A DNA stretch of 64,000 nucleotides from Bacteroidota bacterium (GTDB lineage Bacteria; Bacteroidota; Bacteroidia; Cytophagales; Cyclobacteriaceae). How positions within the stretch are numbered: the first letter of the stretch is position 1; the number at the start of each line of letters is the position of its first letter. Below the pieces are notes generated by a model. That model was given only the letters and a program-made list of their open reading frames with translations. It did not search any database and was not told the origin of the DNA. The position numbers and the translations under genes were made by a program. Positions 38,221-47,596 of the stretch are shown here, piece by piece. The DNA lies in contig JAYWDN010000064.1 in NCBI GenBank assembly GCA_043780615.1, positions 3,985 through 67,984 on the forward strand. The letters run 5' to 3'.

Positions 38221-39330
38221 TTAGAAAGGCTGGCCATGCGTTTTTGAAATCAAAAATTTTGCAACTGGCCTTACATTTCTCGCCAGGGTCACAGCAAAGT
38301 CTGAGGCACGCACGCTGCCAAAGAGTTTTTGAATCTGCCGCCCCGCCCAAAGGCGCTTGGCAAAATGCGAATTCCATTGCTGCGAATATTTCTTCTCCAG
38401 TTCTGGGCGCGAAATTTCCTCACAACAAAAATCCTTGATGAGCCCACTCATGATTTTTGCTGAATGAATGGCTATGGCCATGCCGTTGCCACATAGCGGA
38501 GTGATCATGCCCGCAGCATCTCCACTCATTAAAATATGATTTTCAACAGGCTTTTTTGATTCGAAAGAAATTTCGTTGATCGTTTCGGGTGTGTCGAATA
38601 AAAATTTAGAAGAAGAAAAAATAGATTTTAGATAGGGATTTTTAAAAAGCACGTTTTGCTCCATGGCTGGGATGCTTCCAAATGCTTTAAGGTTATTGCG
38701 ATGAGAGAGGTAGCACAAGCAGCTTTTGCCATCTTCAACATTGCTGATGCCGCAGTATCCATCTTGAAAATTGTGAAGCGAAATTAAATCAGCAGGGTGG
38801 TTTGTTTTAATGTGGTATTTCACTCCAAGGTAAGGCGAACGCTGGCGAATAAATTTTCGGTTGAGAGTCACGTCTAATTTTGAACGCTTGCCGAAAGTGC
38901 CAATTACCAAATCGGCTTGAAGTGCTTGATCTCGAGTTTTAATTTTGAAACCATCGTTGATATAGTGAATGGATTCCACTTCAGTGTTTACTATAAATTC
39001 AGCACCGTAAGATTTTGCTTTTTGGTAAAGAAACTGATCGAACGCATACCGGCTGATGCCAAAGCCGCCAAGGCCTAAGGGCAATTCGGCCGATTTTCCG
39101 TTGACTGACGTGAGCTGAAATCGTTTGATTAGCGGTGGATTGAACTCTTCGGGAAAGAGCCCGAAGGATTTGAGGAAGGGTACGGTTTCGTTGGAAATGT
39201 ATTCGCCACAGACCCGGTGAAATGGATATTCTTTTTTTTCGATGACCGTACAGGCAATACCCGCCTTGGCCAAGATGGTTGAGGTCACCAATCCTGCCAG
39301 TCCTCCGCCAACGATCACAATTTTTTTCAC
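38221..39330 (-). CDS. NAD(P)/FAD-dependent oxidoreductase (geranylgeranyl-reductase/halogenase-like)
   Basis: GGGLAG, RVCGEYIS and GDAAGMITPLCGNG. Confidence 0.85.
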   Translation of the reverse strand: MKKIVIVGGGLAGLVTSTILAKAGIACTVIEKKEYPFHRVCGEYISNETVPFLKSFGLFPEEFNPPLIKRFQLTSVNGKSAELPLGLGGFGISRYAFDQFLYQKAKSYGAEFIVNTEVESIHYINDGFKIKTRDQALQADLVIGTFGKRSKLDVTLNRKFIRQRSPYLGVKYHIKTNHPADLISLHNFQDGYCGISNVEDGKSCLCYLSHRNNLKAFGSIPAMEQNVLFKNPYLKSIFSSSKFLFDTPETINEISFESKKPVENHILMSGDAAGMITPLCGNGMAIAIHSAKIMSGLIKDFCCEEISRPELEKKYSQQWNSHFAKRLWAGRQIQKLFGSVRASDFAVTLARNVRPVAKFLISKTHGQPF

Positions 39331-39454
39331 GGTTCTACTTTCGTATGGATAAAAATGATCAAACTTTTAAAATATACCGAGAAAATGGGTTACTGAAATT
39401 GAAACTTTTTAATCTACAATTGGTTACACCTAAAGTTATTATTTCACAAAAGCC

Positions 39455-39910
39455 ATGACCAAAGAGGAGATAAATGTGTTGATGATCGGCAACAACCCAT
39501 TGGAGTTAACAAAGGTATTTGATTTCTTAATGAAAGTTCCAAGCAAAAGCGTGAACACAGAAATCGCATTTGACCTGAAAAGCGTGAAAGCATTGCTGGC
39601 CAAGTTCAGTCCAAATTATATCCTCATTGACGACAACATGGGTAGGCTTGAGCTCGCAAATGTTGTGAACTTGTTTGCGCGCTTTAAAAAAACAAGGAAT
39701 GTTCCCATCACCATTCTAAAAAATTCCAATTACGAGGAAGCTTTTGGAGGTGTGGCTATGAATTACATCTTGAAAGAAAACCTATCGGTAGAGTTGCTTT
39801 TCACAACATTAAAAAATTCATTTGTCTCTTCAAGGGCGCAACGCTATTTAAAAAACATTTATAAAAAGAGGAGAGGGCAACGGTTTCGAATATTGTCAAC
39901 TGCTTCTTAG
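39455..39910 (+). CDS. Hypothetical protein, degenerate receiver-like domain
   Basis: Alpha/beta pattern (VLMIGNN...PNYILIDDN...VPITIL...A..YILK) resembles a CheY-like fold without canonical acidic pocket residues. Confidence 0.5.
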   Translation: MTKEEINVLMIGNNPLELTKVFDFLMKVPSKSVNTEIAFDLKSVKALLAKFSPNYILIDDNMGRLELANVVNLFARFKKTRNVPITILKNSNYEEAFGGVAMNYILKENLSVELLFTTLKNSFVSSRAQRYLKNIYKKRRGQRFRILSTAS

Positions 39911-41139
39911 ATTTCCTCTACCAGCGTAAATTCCTTCTCGATCACTACAGTGCCGCGCAGCAATCTCATGGTAACCTTTTTTCCTGGTTTGGTTGCAAAA
40001 TAACTATTGAGTTCGCTTAAGCTCATATTAAACGTTGAGGTTTCATTAATAGCAAGAACCTTGTCGCCAACTTGAACTCCTGCCAAATGTGCTGGTGAAG
40101 TTGCCCTTACCCTAGAAACCTCAAAGTCATGTAACCGCTCACCAATGGCCCTCACCGTCAAGCCAGTCATATCGTAGTAAGGCTTCTTTTTGAAAGACGC
40201 GTTCGATTTTACAAATATCTTTTCATGGGGGAAATCAAAAATGATATTGAATCTACTTAGAACATCACCGCCCAATGACCCGTTTCTATAAACGTTTGAT
40301 TTTGCAGATCTTAAAGAATCAAAATAGCTATTGGGGTCTGGGAAACTTGCGATCATATCAGTAATTATATATCGACCAATAGATAGGCTGTTGATACGCC
40401 CGATCCGTCCATTAATGTCGCCCCCTAGCCCTTTGCCAAGAACACAATTCAAATTTTTTTGAGGGACAATGATTTTTTTGTTTGACTCCGTATCCAAAAA
40501 AAGCCCTTGACTTGCACCAGTATCGATCAAGAGCTTTGCACTAATACTAGTGGTGTCGTTCAATTTTAATTCAGCCACATAGTAAGGTTTTGTGTCTTCT
40601 ACGGTGATTGGCAAGCGCGAGTATTTTCGTGAAGGTTTAAATTTTTTTGGGAGCATTAACGTAAGAACCTTGGCTTGATAGTTTATTTTTATGACAAAAC
40701 GGCTAAAAAGCTCGTAGCCTAAAATTCCATGCACTTCCGAGCCTAGAGAATGCCTTAGCTCTAAATAATCTTTTTCTAATACTAGCATGGCATGACCTCG
40801 GCCATGCACACCTGGCATATCGATCGTAACATTATTGGTGATATAAGCGCTAAGCAGATTCTCACCACCAAGGGCCGAAATAGTGAATTTTTTAGAATAG
40901 GTTAAATGTAAAATATCACTGTAGATTTTCTCAGTAAGAATTGTTGTCCTTACCCCTGTGTCCAAAATAAACTTTAATGGCAATTGGTTATTTATAACCA
41001 CTGGCACCACCACCAAATTGTTGTGAATTTCAATGGGGATGTCTACCCTTGTGGCGCCATCGGCCAAAGAAAAACCAAGTTGGGCAAAAGTGGAATCGAC
41101 AGCGACCGACAACAGTAAAATGAGAATGAAACGCTTCAT
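39907..41139 (-). CDS. Secreted aspartyl protease with two DTG/A motifs and C-terminal PDZ domain
   Basis: FILDTG and LLIDTGA, plus PDZ-like SPAHLAGVQVGD. ATG start at 41139. Confidence 0.88.
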   Translation of the reverse strand: MKRFILILLLSVAVDSTFAQLGFSLADGATRVDIPIEIHNNLVVVPVVINNQLPLKFILDTGVRTTILTEKIYSDILHLTYSKKFTISALGGENLLSAYITNNVTIDMPGVHGRGHAMLVLEKDYLELRHSLGSEVHGILGYELFSRFVIKINYQAKVLTLMLPKKFKPSRKYSRLPITVEDTKPYYVAELKLNDTTSISAKLLIDTGASQGLFLDTESNKKIIVPQKNLNCVLGKGLGGDINGRIGRINSLSIGRYIITDMIASFPDPNSYFDSLRSAKSNVYRNGSLGGDVLSRFNIIFDFPHEKIFVKSNASFKKKPYYDMTGLTVRAIGERLHDFEVSRVRATSPAHLAGVQVGDKVLAINETSTFNMSLSELNSYFATKPGKKVTMRLLRGTVVIEKEFTLVEEI

Positions 41140-41185
41140 AAGTGTTACCAATAAAGCTAACGAAAAAAGCAAGAAAGAAGATGGC

Positions 41186-41728
41186 TTACAATGGATTTAC
41201 CCCAAGCAAGGTGAGGAGCTTTTTCGGGTCTTCAGCGATTTTTATCGAGTGTAAATTCTGTGTTCTCAAAAATCCATCGTCACTCATTTTTGTCATTTGT
41301 GCCAACAGTGTATCAAAAAATGAATTGATATTGAGTATGCCAACAGGTTGGTCGGTGAGCTTTAATTGTTTCCAACTTAATATTTCGGCCAACTCATCCA
41401 GTGTGCCCCAGCCCCCGGGCATGGCTATAAAAACATCCGACAGATCGGCCATCCGTTTTTTTCGTTCGTGCATAGAGTTCACCATCTCTAATTGATGAAT
41501 GCCAGTATGCCCTACTTCCATTTTCATCAAAAATTCTGGAATCACCCCGATCACTTTACCGCCATGAGCCATTGCTTCATCGGCCAAGATGCCCATCAGG
41601 CCTACGTTGCCCCCTCCGTAAATTAATGTGGATTTACTTTGTGCAATGCACACGCCCAATTCTTTTGCCGCAGCCGCGTAAACCGGATTTGTTCCGGTAC
41701 TCGATCCGCAAAAGACACAGACGTTCAT
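41186..41728 (-). CDS. LOG-family nucleotide phosphoribohydrolase (TIGR00730-type)
   Basis: VFCGSS, YGGGNVGLMG, MHERK and PGGWGTLDEL. Confidence 0.93.
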   Translation of the reverse strand: MNVCVFCGSSTGTNPVYAAAAKELGVCIAQSKSTLIYGGGNVGLMGILADEAMAHGGKVIGVIPEFLMKMEVGHTGIHQLEMVNSMHERKKRMADLSDVFIAMPGGWGTLDELAEILSWKQLKLTDQPVGILNINSFFDTLLAQMTKMSDDGFLRTQNLHSIKIAEDPKKLLTLLGVNPL

Positions 41729-41740
41729 TTTGTTAATCGC

Positions 41741-41848
41741 TTAGTGCTTCACATCATGCTCGTTGTCGCTCACTTTACTATTTGGGAATAGCCAAATGGA
41801 AACGATGGCAAGGATGAACAAGGCGATAACAACTCCAAAAACAGGCAT
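41741..41848 (-). CDS. Unannotated 35-aa single-pass membrane peptide
   Basis: Hand translation gives MPVFGVVIALFILAIVSIWLFPNSKVSDNEHDVKH*. The stop lies 12 bp before the LOG start. Confidence 0.55.
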   Translation of the reverse strand: MPVFGVVIALFILAIVSIWLFPNSKVSDNEHDVKH

Positions 41849-41944
41849 GGTAAAAAATTTATGGTTCAAAAATAGATTTCGCTTTCTAAATATGTGCAAT
41901 TTGGAGTAGAAAAATTACAAGCCCGAGCTTAATTAAATCTTTTT

Positions 41945-42493
41945 ATGAAAAAAGTAGTCATCATCCTTGGAATTGCATTGGTGCTGGTGGTAGTTTATTT
42001 GGCCTACTACATGATGTTCTATACTAAAACCTTCAGCCCAGAGGCCAACGTGGATTTCACCGATGGCAGTCTGAAGGTGCATGTATTCTATAACCGGCCA
42101 TACAAAAAGGGACGCGAGATTTTTGGCAACCTCGTGCCTTATGGAAAAACCTGGCGCACTGGTGCCAACGAAGCCTCAGTCTTTGAAACTACTAGCGACT
42201 TGAAATTTGGCGATAAGGAATTGAAAGCAGGCAAGTACAGTCTTTGGACTGTGCCGGGCGAGCAAACCTGGCAAGTGATTTTTAATTCTGAAATCCCCTG
42301 GTGGGGAATGAATTTTAATGGCCTTGTAAACCGAAACCTTGCCACCGATGCTTTGATTGTGGAGGCGCAGGTTCATCCACAAGAAAAAGAGTTTGAGCAG
42401 TTTACTATTTTAGTTGAAAAAGGGAGCGATGGGTACGAATTGAATTTGATATGGGACAAAACGTTGGTGAATGTTCCGTTCACGATCAAATAA
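41945..42493 (+). CDS. DUF2911 domain protein
   Basis: YNRPYKKGREIFGNLVPYGKTWRTGANEA and AGKYSLWTVP. Confidence 0.88.
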   Translation: MKKVVIILGIALVLVVVYLAYYMMFYTKTFSPEANVDFTDGSLKVHVFYNRPYKKGREIFGNLVPYGKTWRTGANEASVFETTSDLKFGDKELKAGKYSLWTVPGEQTWQVIFNSEIPWWGMNFNGLVNRNLATDALIVEAQVHPQEKEFEQFTILVEKGSDGYELNLIWDKTLVNVPFTIK

Positions 42494-42530
42494 AGTAATT
42501 AGGCCACATTGAATTAAAAGTTCAAATCTT

Positions 42531-43274
42531 ATGATCCAAGTAATCCCTTCCATTGCATTACGTCATGGCCAAGTTGTAAAAATGCGGAAGGGCGATCCAC
42601 AAAGTGAGAAGGCTTATGACGAAAATCCACTTGACCTCGCGAAGCGGTTTGAAGACCACGGCATTGAAGTGGTTCATTTGGTTGACCTTGATGGGGCCGA
42701 GCGAGGGAGCCCCAAAAACTACCATGTACTCGAAGCCATTGCCGGCCACACCGATTTAAAAATAGATTTCACAGGAGGCATTTCGGCCGATGGGGACATT
42801 GGCAAAGCATACGAGTTCGGTGCAGACTACATCACCGCTTCAAGCATTGCCGTTACCAAGCCCGAGCTTTTTGCATCGTGGATTGTTTCTTACGGCCGCG
42901 AAAAAATAACGTTGGGTGCCGATGTCACCGATATCAAGAGCAAGATTATTGCCTTTCGGGGTTGGCAAAAAAAATCGGAAGTGCATTTGTTCGATCACCT
43001 TCAATATTTTTACGACCGCGGATTGAAGTACGCAAAGTGCACTGACATCTCGCGCGATGGCGTTTTGGAAGGCCCAGCTTTTTCATTTTATCAAGAAATC
43101 CTCGACAAGTTTTCCGAATTGAAAGTGCTTGCCAGCGGTGGTGTGCGCGGGGTTGACGACATCAAGAAACTTAATGACATGGGCATCTTTGCCGTGATCT
43201 TTGGCAAGGCCTACTACGAAGGTATTCTTAAACTCAAAGACCTTGAGCAGTTTCTGGTGAAGAAAGAAAATTGA
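42531..43274 (+). CDS. HisA-like TIM-barrel protein (stand-alone; first catalytic Asp replaced by Ala)
   Basis: HLVDLDGA, GGI, TDISRDG and ASGGV motifs of HisA. The N-terminus reads PSIAL instead of PAIDL. Confidence 0.8.
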   Translation: MIQVIPSIALRHGQVVKMRKGDPQSEKAYDENPLDLAKRFEDHGIEVVHLVDLDGAERGSPKNYHVLEAIAGHTDLKIDFTGGISADGDIGKAYEFGADYITASSIAVTKPELFASWIVSYGREKITLGADVTDIKSKIIAFRGWQKKSEVHLFDHLQYFYDRGLKYAKCTDISRDGVLEGPAFSFYQEILDKFSELKVLASGGVRGVDDIKKLNDMGIFAVIFGKAYYEGILKLKDLEQFLVKKEN

Positions 43275-43352
43275 TTTTTTTAACTGATTTTACGCAAAGG
43301 CTCAAAATTTAATCTCCAAGACTACTTCGTGCGTAAGCCCAGTTAACTAAAT

Positions 43353-43718
43353 TCAGTCATCCAAAATGTCGGAGATCTTGAATTTTTTGATGATGAAATA
43401 AAGGAAATTGAACGAAAGCGGGTCTTCTGTTTTATCAGCAGCCGATGGTGAAGGTTTGGGTTGGTTCTCTTGCTTCTTTGCCTGAATAGTTTGATTGGTT
43501 ACGTCTCTGTTTGTCGATAGGCCTTTAGTGGGCCTGGCATCATCGAACAACAACGTCTTGTCATCGTTCAAATTCAATTCGGGGTGGTTGTTCAACTCTT
43601 GAATTTCAGATGCAGGGTGATCTCCCTCTTGCGCAAAGACAATAGTTGCAGACAACCAAACGGTCAACAAAAGAGCCAATGAAAATTTTAATTTTACGTG
43701 CATTTGAATGTGAAGCAA
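43353..43718 (-). CDS. Hypothetical exported protein
   Basis: Signal-peptide-like segment, disordered middle and a hydrophobic C-terminal motif (SFNFLYFIIKKFK). Confidence 0.6.
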   Translation of the reverse strand: MLHIQMHVKLKFSLALLLTVWLSATIVFAQEGDHPASEIQELNNHPELNLNDDKTLLFDDARPTKGLSTNRDVTNQTIQAKKQENQPKPSPSAADKTEDPLSFNFLYFIIKKFKISDILDD

Positions 43719-43763
43719 CGTGATTACTTTCGAGTTGGTTGGGCAAGCTAATAAAAAAATAAT

Positions 43764-44096
43764 ATGATTTCATGGGAAGACTTCAATAAAATTGAGCTAC
43801 GAGTGGGCACTATTGTCAAATCAGAGCCCTTTGAAGGATTGCGAAACCCAGCGATCAAACTTTGGGTGGACTTGGGACCAGAATTGGGCGTAAAAAAATC
43901 GAGTGCTCAGATCACTCATCGCTATTCGCCAGAAGAACTTATCGGCAAACAAGTAGTGTGCGTTACCAACTTTCCACCCAAACAGATTTCCGATTTCATT
44001 TCTGAAATATTGGTCACCGGTTTCCCCGATGAAGAAGGTCGCGTGATACTTACTGCAATCGATAAGCCAGTACCCAATGGAGCCAAACTTTTTTGA
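43764..44096 (+). CDS. csaA: tRNA-binding protein / secretion chaperone CsaA-like
   Basis: ELRVGTI, KKSSAQIT and NFPPKQI...SE.LVTG. Confidence 0.88.
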   Translation: MISWEDFNKIELRVGTIVKSEPFEGLRNPAIKLWVDLGPELGVKKSSAQITHRYSPEELIGKQVVCVTNFPPKQISDFISEILVTGFPDEEGRVILTAIDKPVPNGAKLF

Positions 44097-46534
44097 CGAT
44101 GAATTTTTCTGAACTCGAAAAAATAACCGGAGGGAAAATCATCCAGCTTGCAGCCGATCGGTTAGTGGCAAACTTGGTGATCGACAGCAGGAAGGCAATA
44201 ATTGATGAAGCCTCTGTATTTTTTGCGATGGCTGGCCCGAGGAACAATGGCCACGATTACCTATCAACATTGTACCAACTTGGGTTGCGGCAACTTGTGG
44301 TTGAAGGAAAAATAGATTCGAATGAATTTCCGCTCGCCAATATTTTGCAAGTCGATTCTTCTGTGCGTGCCCTGCAAGCAATTGCAAAAACCCACCGCAG
44401 CAATTTTACATTTCCGGTAGTCGGCATTACGGGTAGCAATGGCAAAACGATTGTCAAAGAATGGTTGTACCAATTGTTGTCGCCCGATTATAGTATTGCA
44501 AAAAACCCGGGCAGTTACAATTCTCAAGTGGGCGTGCCGTTGTCTGTTTGGGCGATGCAAGCCCATCATCAATTTGGGATTTTTGAGGCGGGCATTTCGC
44601 AACCCAATGAAATGCAACAGTTAGAAAAAATCATCCAACCAACACTTGGAATTTTTACCAACATTGGCACCGCCCACGATGAAGGTTTTAAAAATGCGCG
44701 ACAGAAAATCGAAGAGAAGCTGAAACTTTTTCAACACGTAAATAAATTGATTTATTGTGCGGATCATGTTTTGGTTGACGATGCCATCAACAAATTGGGG
44801 ATCCCTAAACTTTCGTGGGGGAAAGAAAAAAACGCAGACATCTTAATAACGCAGACACCTTCTGGTTTTCATTTTTCCTTCAACGAAAAACAGTTTGATC
44901 TTTTTTTCCCATTCAGTGATGCCGCCTCGATTGAGAATGCAACGCACGGGGTGGCGCTGATGCTGCACTTGGGTTACAAAACCGAAACAATTCAAAAAAG
45001 AATCAATGAGCTAAAACCTGTGGCCATGCGCTTGCAGTTGAAGGAGGGGATCAATCAATGTCAAGTGATTGACGACACCTACAACAATGACTTGGCGGGG
45101 CTACAGATCAGCCTTGATTTCTTGCAAGCACAACAAAAACAGAAAAAGACGGTGATTCTTTCTGACCTCCTTCAATCGGGGATGAGCGAGGACGCACTTG
45201 CGGGAACGATTGCATCGATGCTTTCCAAAATTCAAGTTTTCAACTTTATAGGCATTGGGCAGTCGCTGATGAAGCACAAAAAATATTTTTCATCAATACC
45301 TTCCGCCCAATATTTTTCAAGTACCGAAGAATTTTTAAAATCGTTTGATTTTAAATCTATTCAAGATGAAATGCTGTTGGTAAAAGGCGCGCGCGTTTTT
45401 CAATTTGAAAAAATTGTTCAGCACCTGCAACGTAAGGCACACGGCACAGTGATGGAAATCGACTTGGGCAAAATGATGCACAATCTAAATTACTTCAAAT
45501 CGAAATTGAAGCCCGGTGTAAAATTAATGGCCATGGTGAAAGCCTTTGCTTACGGAAGTGGCAGCGAGGAAGTGGCCAACCTATTGCAATATCACAAAGT
45601 CAATTACCTGGGTGTGGCCTATGCCGATGAGGGTGTAGCGCTGAGAAAGAAAAACATTTCGTTGCCCATCATGGTGATGAACCCATCGGAAGAAAGTTTT
45701 GCGATGGTGCTTTCGCATAATCTTGAGCCAGTGATTTACAATTTAAAAATGCTTCACGCTTTAGTCTTTTTTTTAGAAGGCCGGGATTGCCCCATCCATA
45801 TTGAGGCAGAGACGGGTATGCAGCGGCTTGGACTGAGCATAGACGAATTGCCAGCCGTGGTTGAAATCTTAAAGAAAAACACAAACCTGCACGTGAAGTC
45901 AGTATTCTCGCACTTATCTGGAGCGGATGAAAAAGCGCACGACAGTTTTTCGGGTAAGCAATTTGCTTTTTTTCAAAAGTTTTATTCGCAGCTCACCTCG
46001 TCATTGCCCATCAAACCCCTTCGCCACATTCTCAACTCGGCTGGCATCCTTCGTCTCCCCGATTTTCAAATGGACATGGTGCGGTTAGGTATTGGTCTGT
46101 ATGGAATTGACCCAACCCAAGAAAATGATAAGGCACTTCAGTCGGTAGCCACATTGAAAACAGTGATCTCGCAAATCAAAAAAATAAACAAGGGGGAAAC
46201 TGTTGGCTATGGCCGAATGGGGGTAGCTGAACGAGAAACGACAATAGCGACACTTGCCATTGGCTATGCCGATGGGTTTAGCCGCAGTTTCAGTAAAGGA
46301 AAAGGAATGGTGTCAGTGCATGGACAGCGGGCGCGAGTTATTGGAAATGTGTGCATGGACATGACCATGGTGGACATTACGAATATACCCGCAAGGGAAG
46401 GCGATGAGGCAATTATTTTTGGAGATGGACTTCCCATTCATGAAGTAGCAGCAAGCATCGGCACGATTGCTTACGAGATTTTAACGAATACTAGCGAACG
46501 AGTAAAACGTGTTTTTGTTGCCGATGGAGTTTAA
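44093..46534 (+). CDS. alr: Bifunctional MurF-like ligase / alanine racemase
   Basis: GITGSNGKT and DDTYNND (Mur ligase), fused to MVKAFAYG (PLP Lys) and GYADG (racemase). Confidence 0.93.
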   Translation: MTMNFSELEKITGGKIIQLAADRLVANLVIDSRKAIIDEASVFFAMAGPRNNGHDYLSTLYQLGLRQLVVEGKIDSNEFPLANILQVDSSVRALQAIAKTHRSNFTFPVVGITGSNGKTIVKEWLYQLLSPDYSIAKNPGSYNSQVGVPLSVWAMQAHHQFGIFEAGISQPNEMQQLEKIIQPTLGIFTNIGTAHDEGFKNARQKIEEKLKLFQHVNKLIYCADHVLVDDAINKLGIPKLSWGKEKNADILITQTPSGFHFSFNEKQFDLFFPFSDAASIENATHGVALMLHLGYKTETIQKRINELKPVAMRLQLKEGINQCQVIDDTYNNDLAGLQISLDFLQAQQKQKKTVILSDLLQSGMSEDALAGTIASMLSKIQVFNFIGIGQSLMKHKKYFSSIPSAQYFSSTEEFLKSFDFKSIQDEMLLVKGARVFQFEKIVQHLQRKAHGTVMEIDLGKMMHNLNYFKSKLKPGVKLMAMVKAFAYGSGSEEVANLLQYHKVNYLGVAYADEGVALRKKNISLPIMVMNPSEESFAMVLSHNLEPVIYNLKMLHALVFFLEGRDCPIHIEAETGMQRLGLSIDELPAVVEILKKNTNLHVKSVFSHLSGADEKAHDSFSGKQFAFFQKFYSQLTSSLPIKPLRHILNSAGILRLPDFQMDMVRLGIGLYGIDPTQENDKALQSVATLKTVISQIKKINKGETVGYGRMGVAERETTIATLAIGYADGFSRSFSKGKGMVSVHGQRARVIGNVCMDMTMVDITNIPAREGDEAIIFGDGLPIHEVAASIGTIAYEILTNTSERVKRVFVADGV

Positions 46535-46535
46535 A

Positions 46536-47027
46536 TCAAAGCAAGTCGTTCACGGCTTCCCAAACTGCCTCGGGTTCATAACCTTTGCCAATCACAAAAC
46601 GCGCAATGGTGTTCTTCTTTTTAAAGAGATTTTCTTCAGTTGTGAGGTTCGATTTTTTTTTGATCAACCCATGCAATGTTTTCGAATAATCTGAAGCGTT
46701 GATCTCGGCAAGCCCACGAGCAATGCATTTTGGTGTGAGCCCCGCCATCTCCAACTCGCGTTGGATTTTTAATCGCCCCCACTTCATCATTCGAAATTTT
46801 CCTCCGGCAAATGCTTTGGCAAAACGCTCTTCGTTGAGAAAGCCCTCGGTGATCAGGTGGGCAAGCGTTTCGTTCACCTCGTCCGATCGCAAACCGTATC
46901 CGTACAATTTATTTTTTACCTCTTTGTGCGAGCGCTCTTGATAAGCGCAATAGCGATGAATTTTTGCCTTGGCTTCTTCTATGCTGATGGGTATAGGCGG
47001 GTTGTCATTTTGATGTTTAGGGTTCAT
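46536..47027 (-). CDS. recX: Regulatory protein RecX
   Basis: YCAYQERSHKEV, FLNEERFA and KWGRLKI. Confidence 0.92.
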   Translation of the reverse strand: MNPKHQNDNPPIPISIEEAKAKIHRYCAYQERSHKEVKNKLYGYGLRSDEVNETLAHLITEGFLNEERFAKAFAGGKFRMMKWGRLKIQRELEMAGLTPKCIARGLAEINASDYSKTLHGLIKKKSNLTTEENLFKKKNTIARFVIGKGYEPEAVWEAVNDLL

Positions 47028-47065
47028 AACACATCACGCCTATGGCGATAATCCACAACGATATT

Positions 47066-47560
47066 TTATTTCACCAACCCTTTGTTTCTAAGGATGCTCA
47101 ATACGAATTTCCGCTCGTTGTCGGTATTGAAAATTTTGAAAGGCAAGTAAATCAACTGGGCCTTGTTGATGAAAAGCACAAAAAAATCCTTGCCTACTTG
47201 CGCGCGCTTGATCTGGTCCCACTTCATGGGCATGCCTTCGCGCGGGTTGATCTTCATCACAATTTGCTGACTATTGATTTCGTATGAAAAGCGTTCGAAC
47301 AACATTTTGCCTTGCTCCAGTTGTGTGACGCCATAAAATTGGATCCACCAGAAAAGTAAAAAAAGCCCGGCACCAAAAAAAGCGGCAAAGAACCACCACC
47401 CGCTTGCGATCCACACATAGCCGAGGCAGATGGCCAGCGCAATCAGGCCGGCCCACCATTGTCTTTTCAACACGCTGAAGAAGGCGGTGCGGATGTATGT
47501 CTTTTTTTCTAGACGATAATTTTTTGTTTTGACGAGCATACGGTTAATAATTGACCGCAA
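47066..47560 (-). CDS. YcxB-like membrane protein
   Basis: Two TM helices followed by a PH-like tail (WDQIKRA...QLIYLP..IF). Confidence 0.65.
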   Translation of the reverse strand: MRSIINRMLVKTKNYRLEKKTYIRTAFFSVLKRQWWAGLIALAICLGYVWIASGWWFFAAFFGAGLFLLFWWIQFYGVTQLEQGKMLFERFSYEINSQQIVMKINPREGMPMKWDQIKRAQVGKDFFVLFINKAQLIYLPFKIFNTDNERKFVLSILRNKGLVK

Positions 47561-47596
47561 AAGTAATCGTTTCCCTACAAAGGCGTTTTAATTTTT

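Noticed and set aside
36272-41728. GH3 and LOG genes as a phytohormone (auxin/cytokinin) module
   Set aside because: Both families are widespread housekeeping-type genes in Bacteroidota. Here they are on opposite strands and separated by unrelated genes.
44093-46534. MurF-alanine racemase fusion as a novelty
   Set aside because: This fusion is established and common in Bacteroidota.
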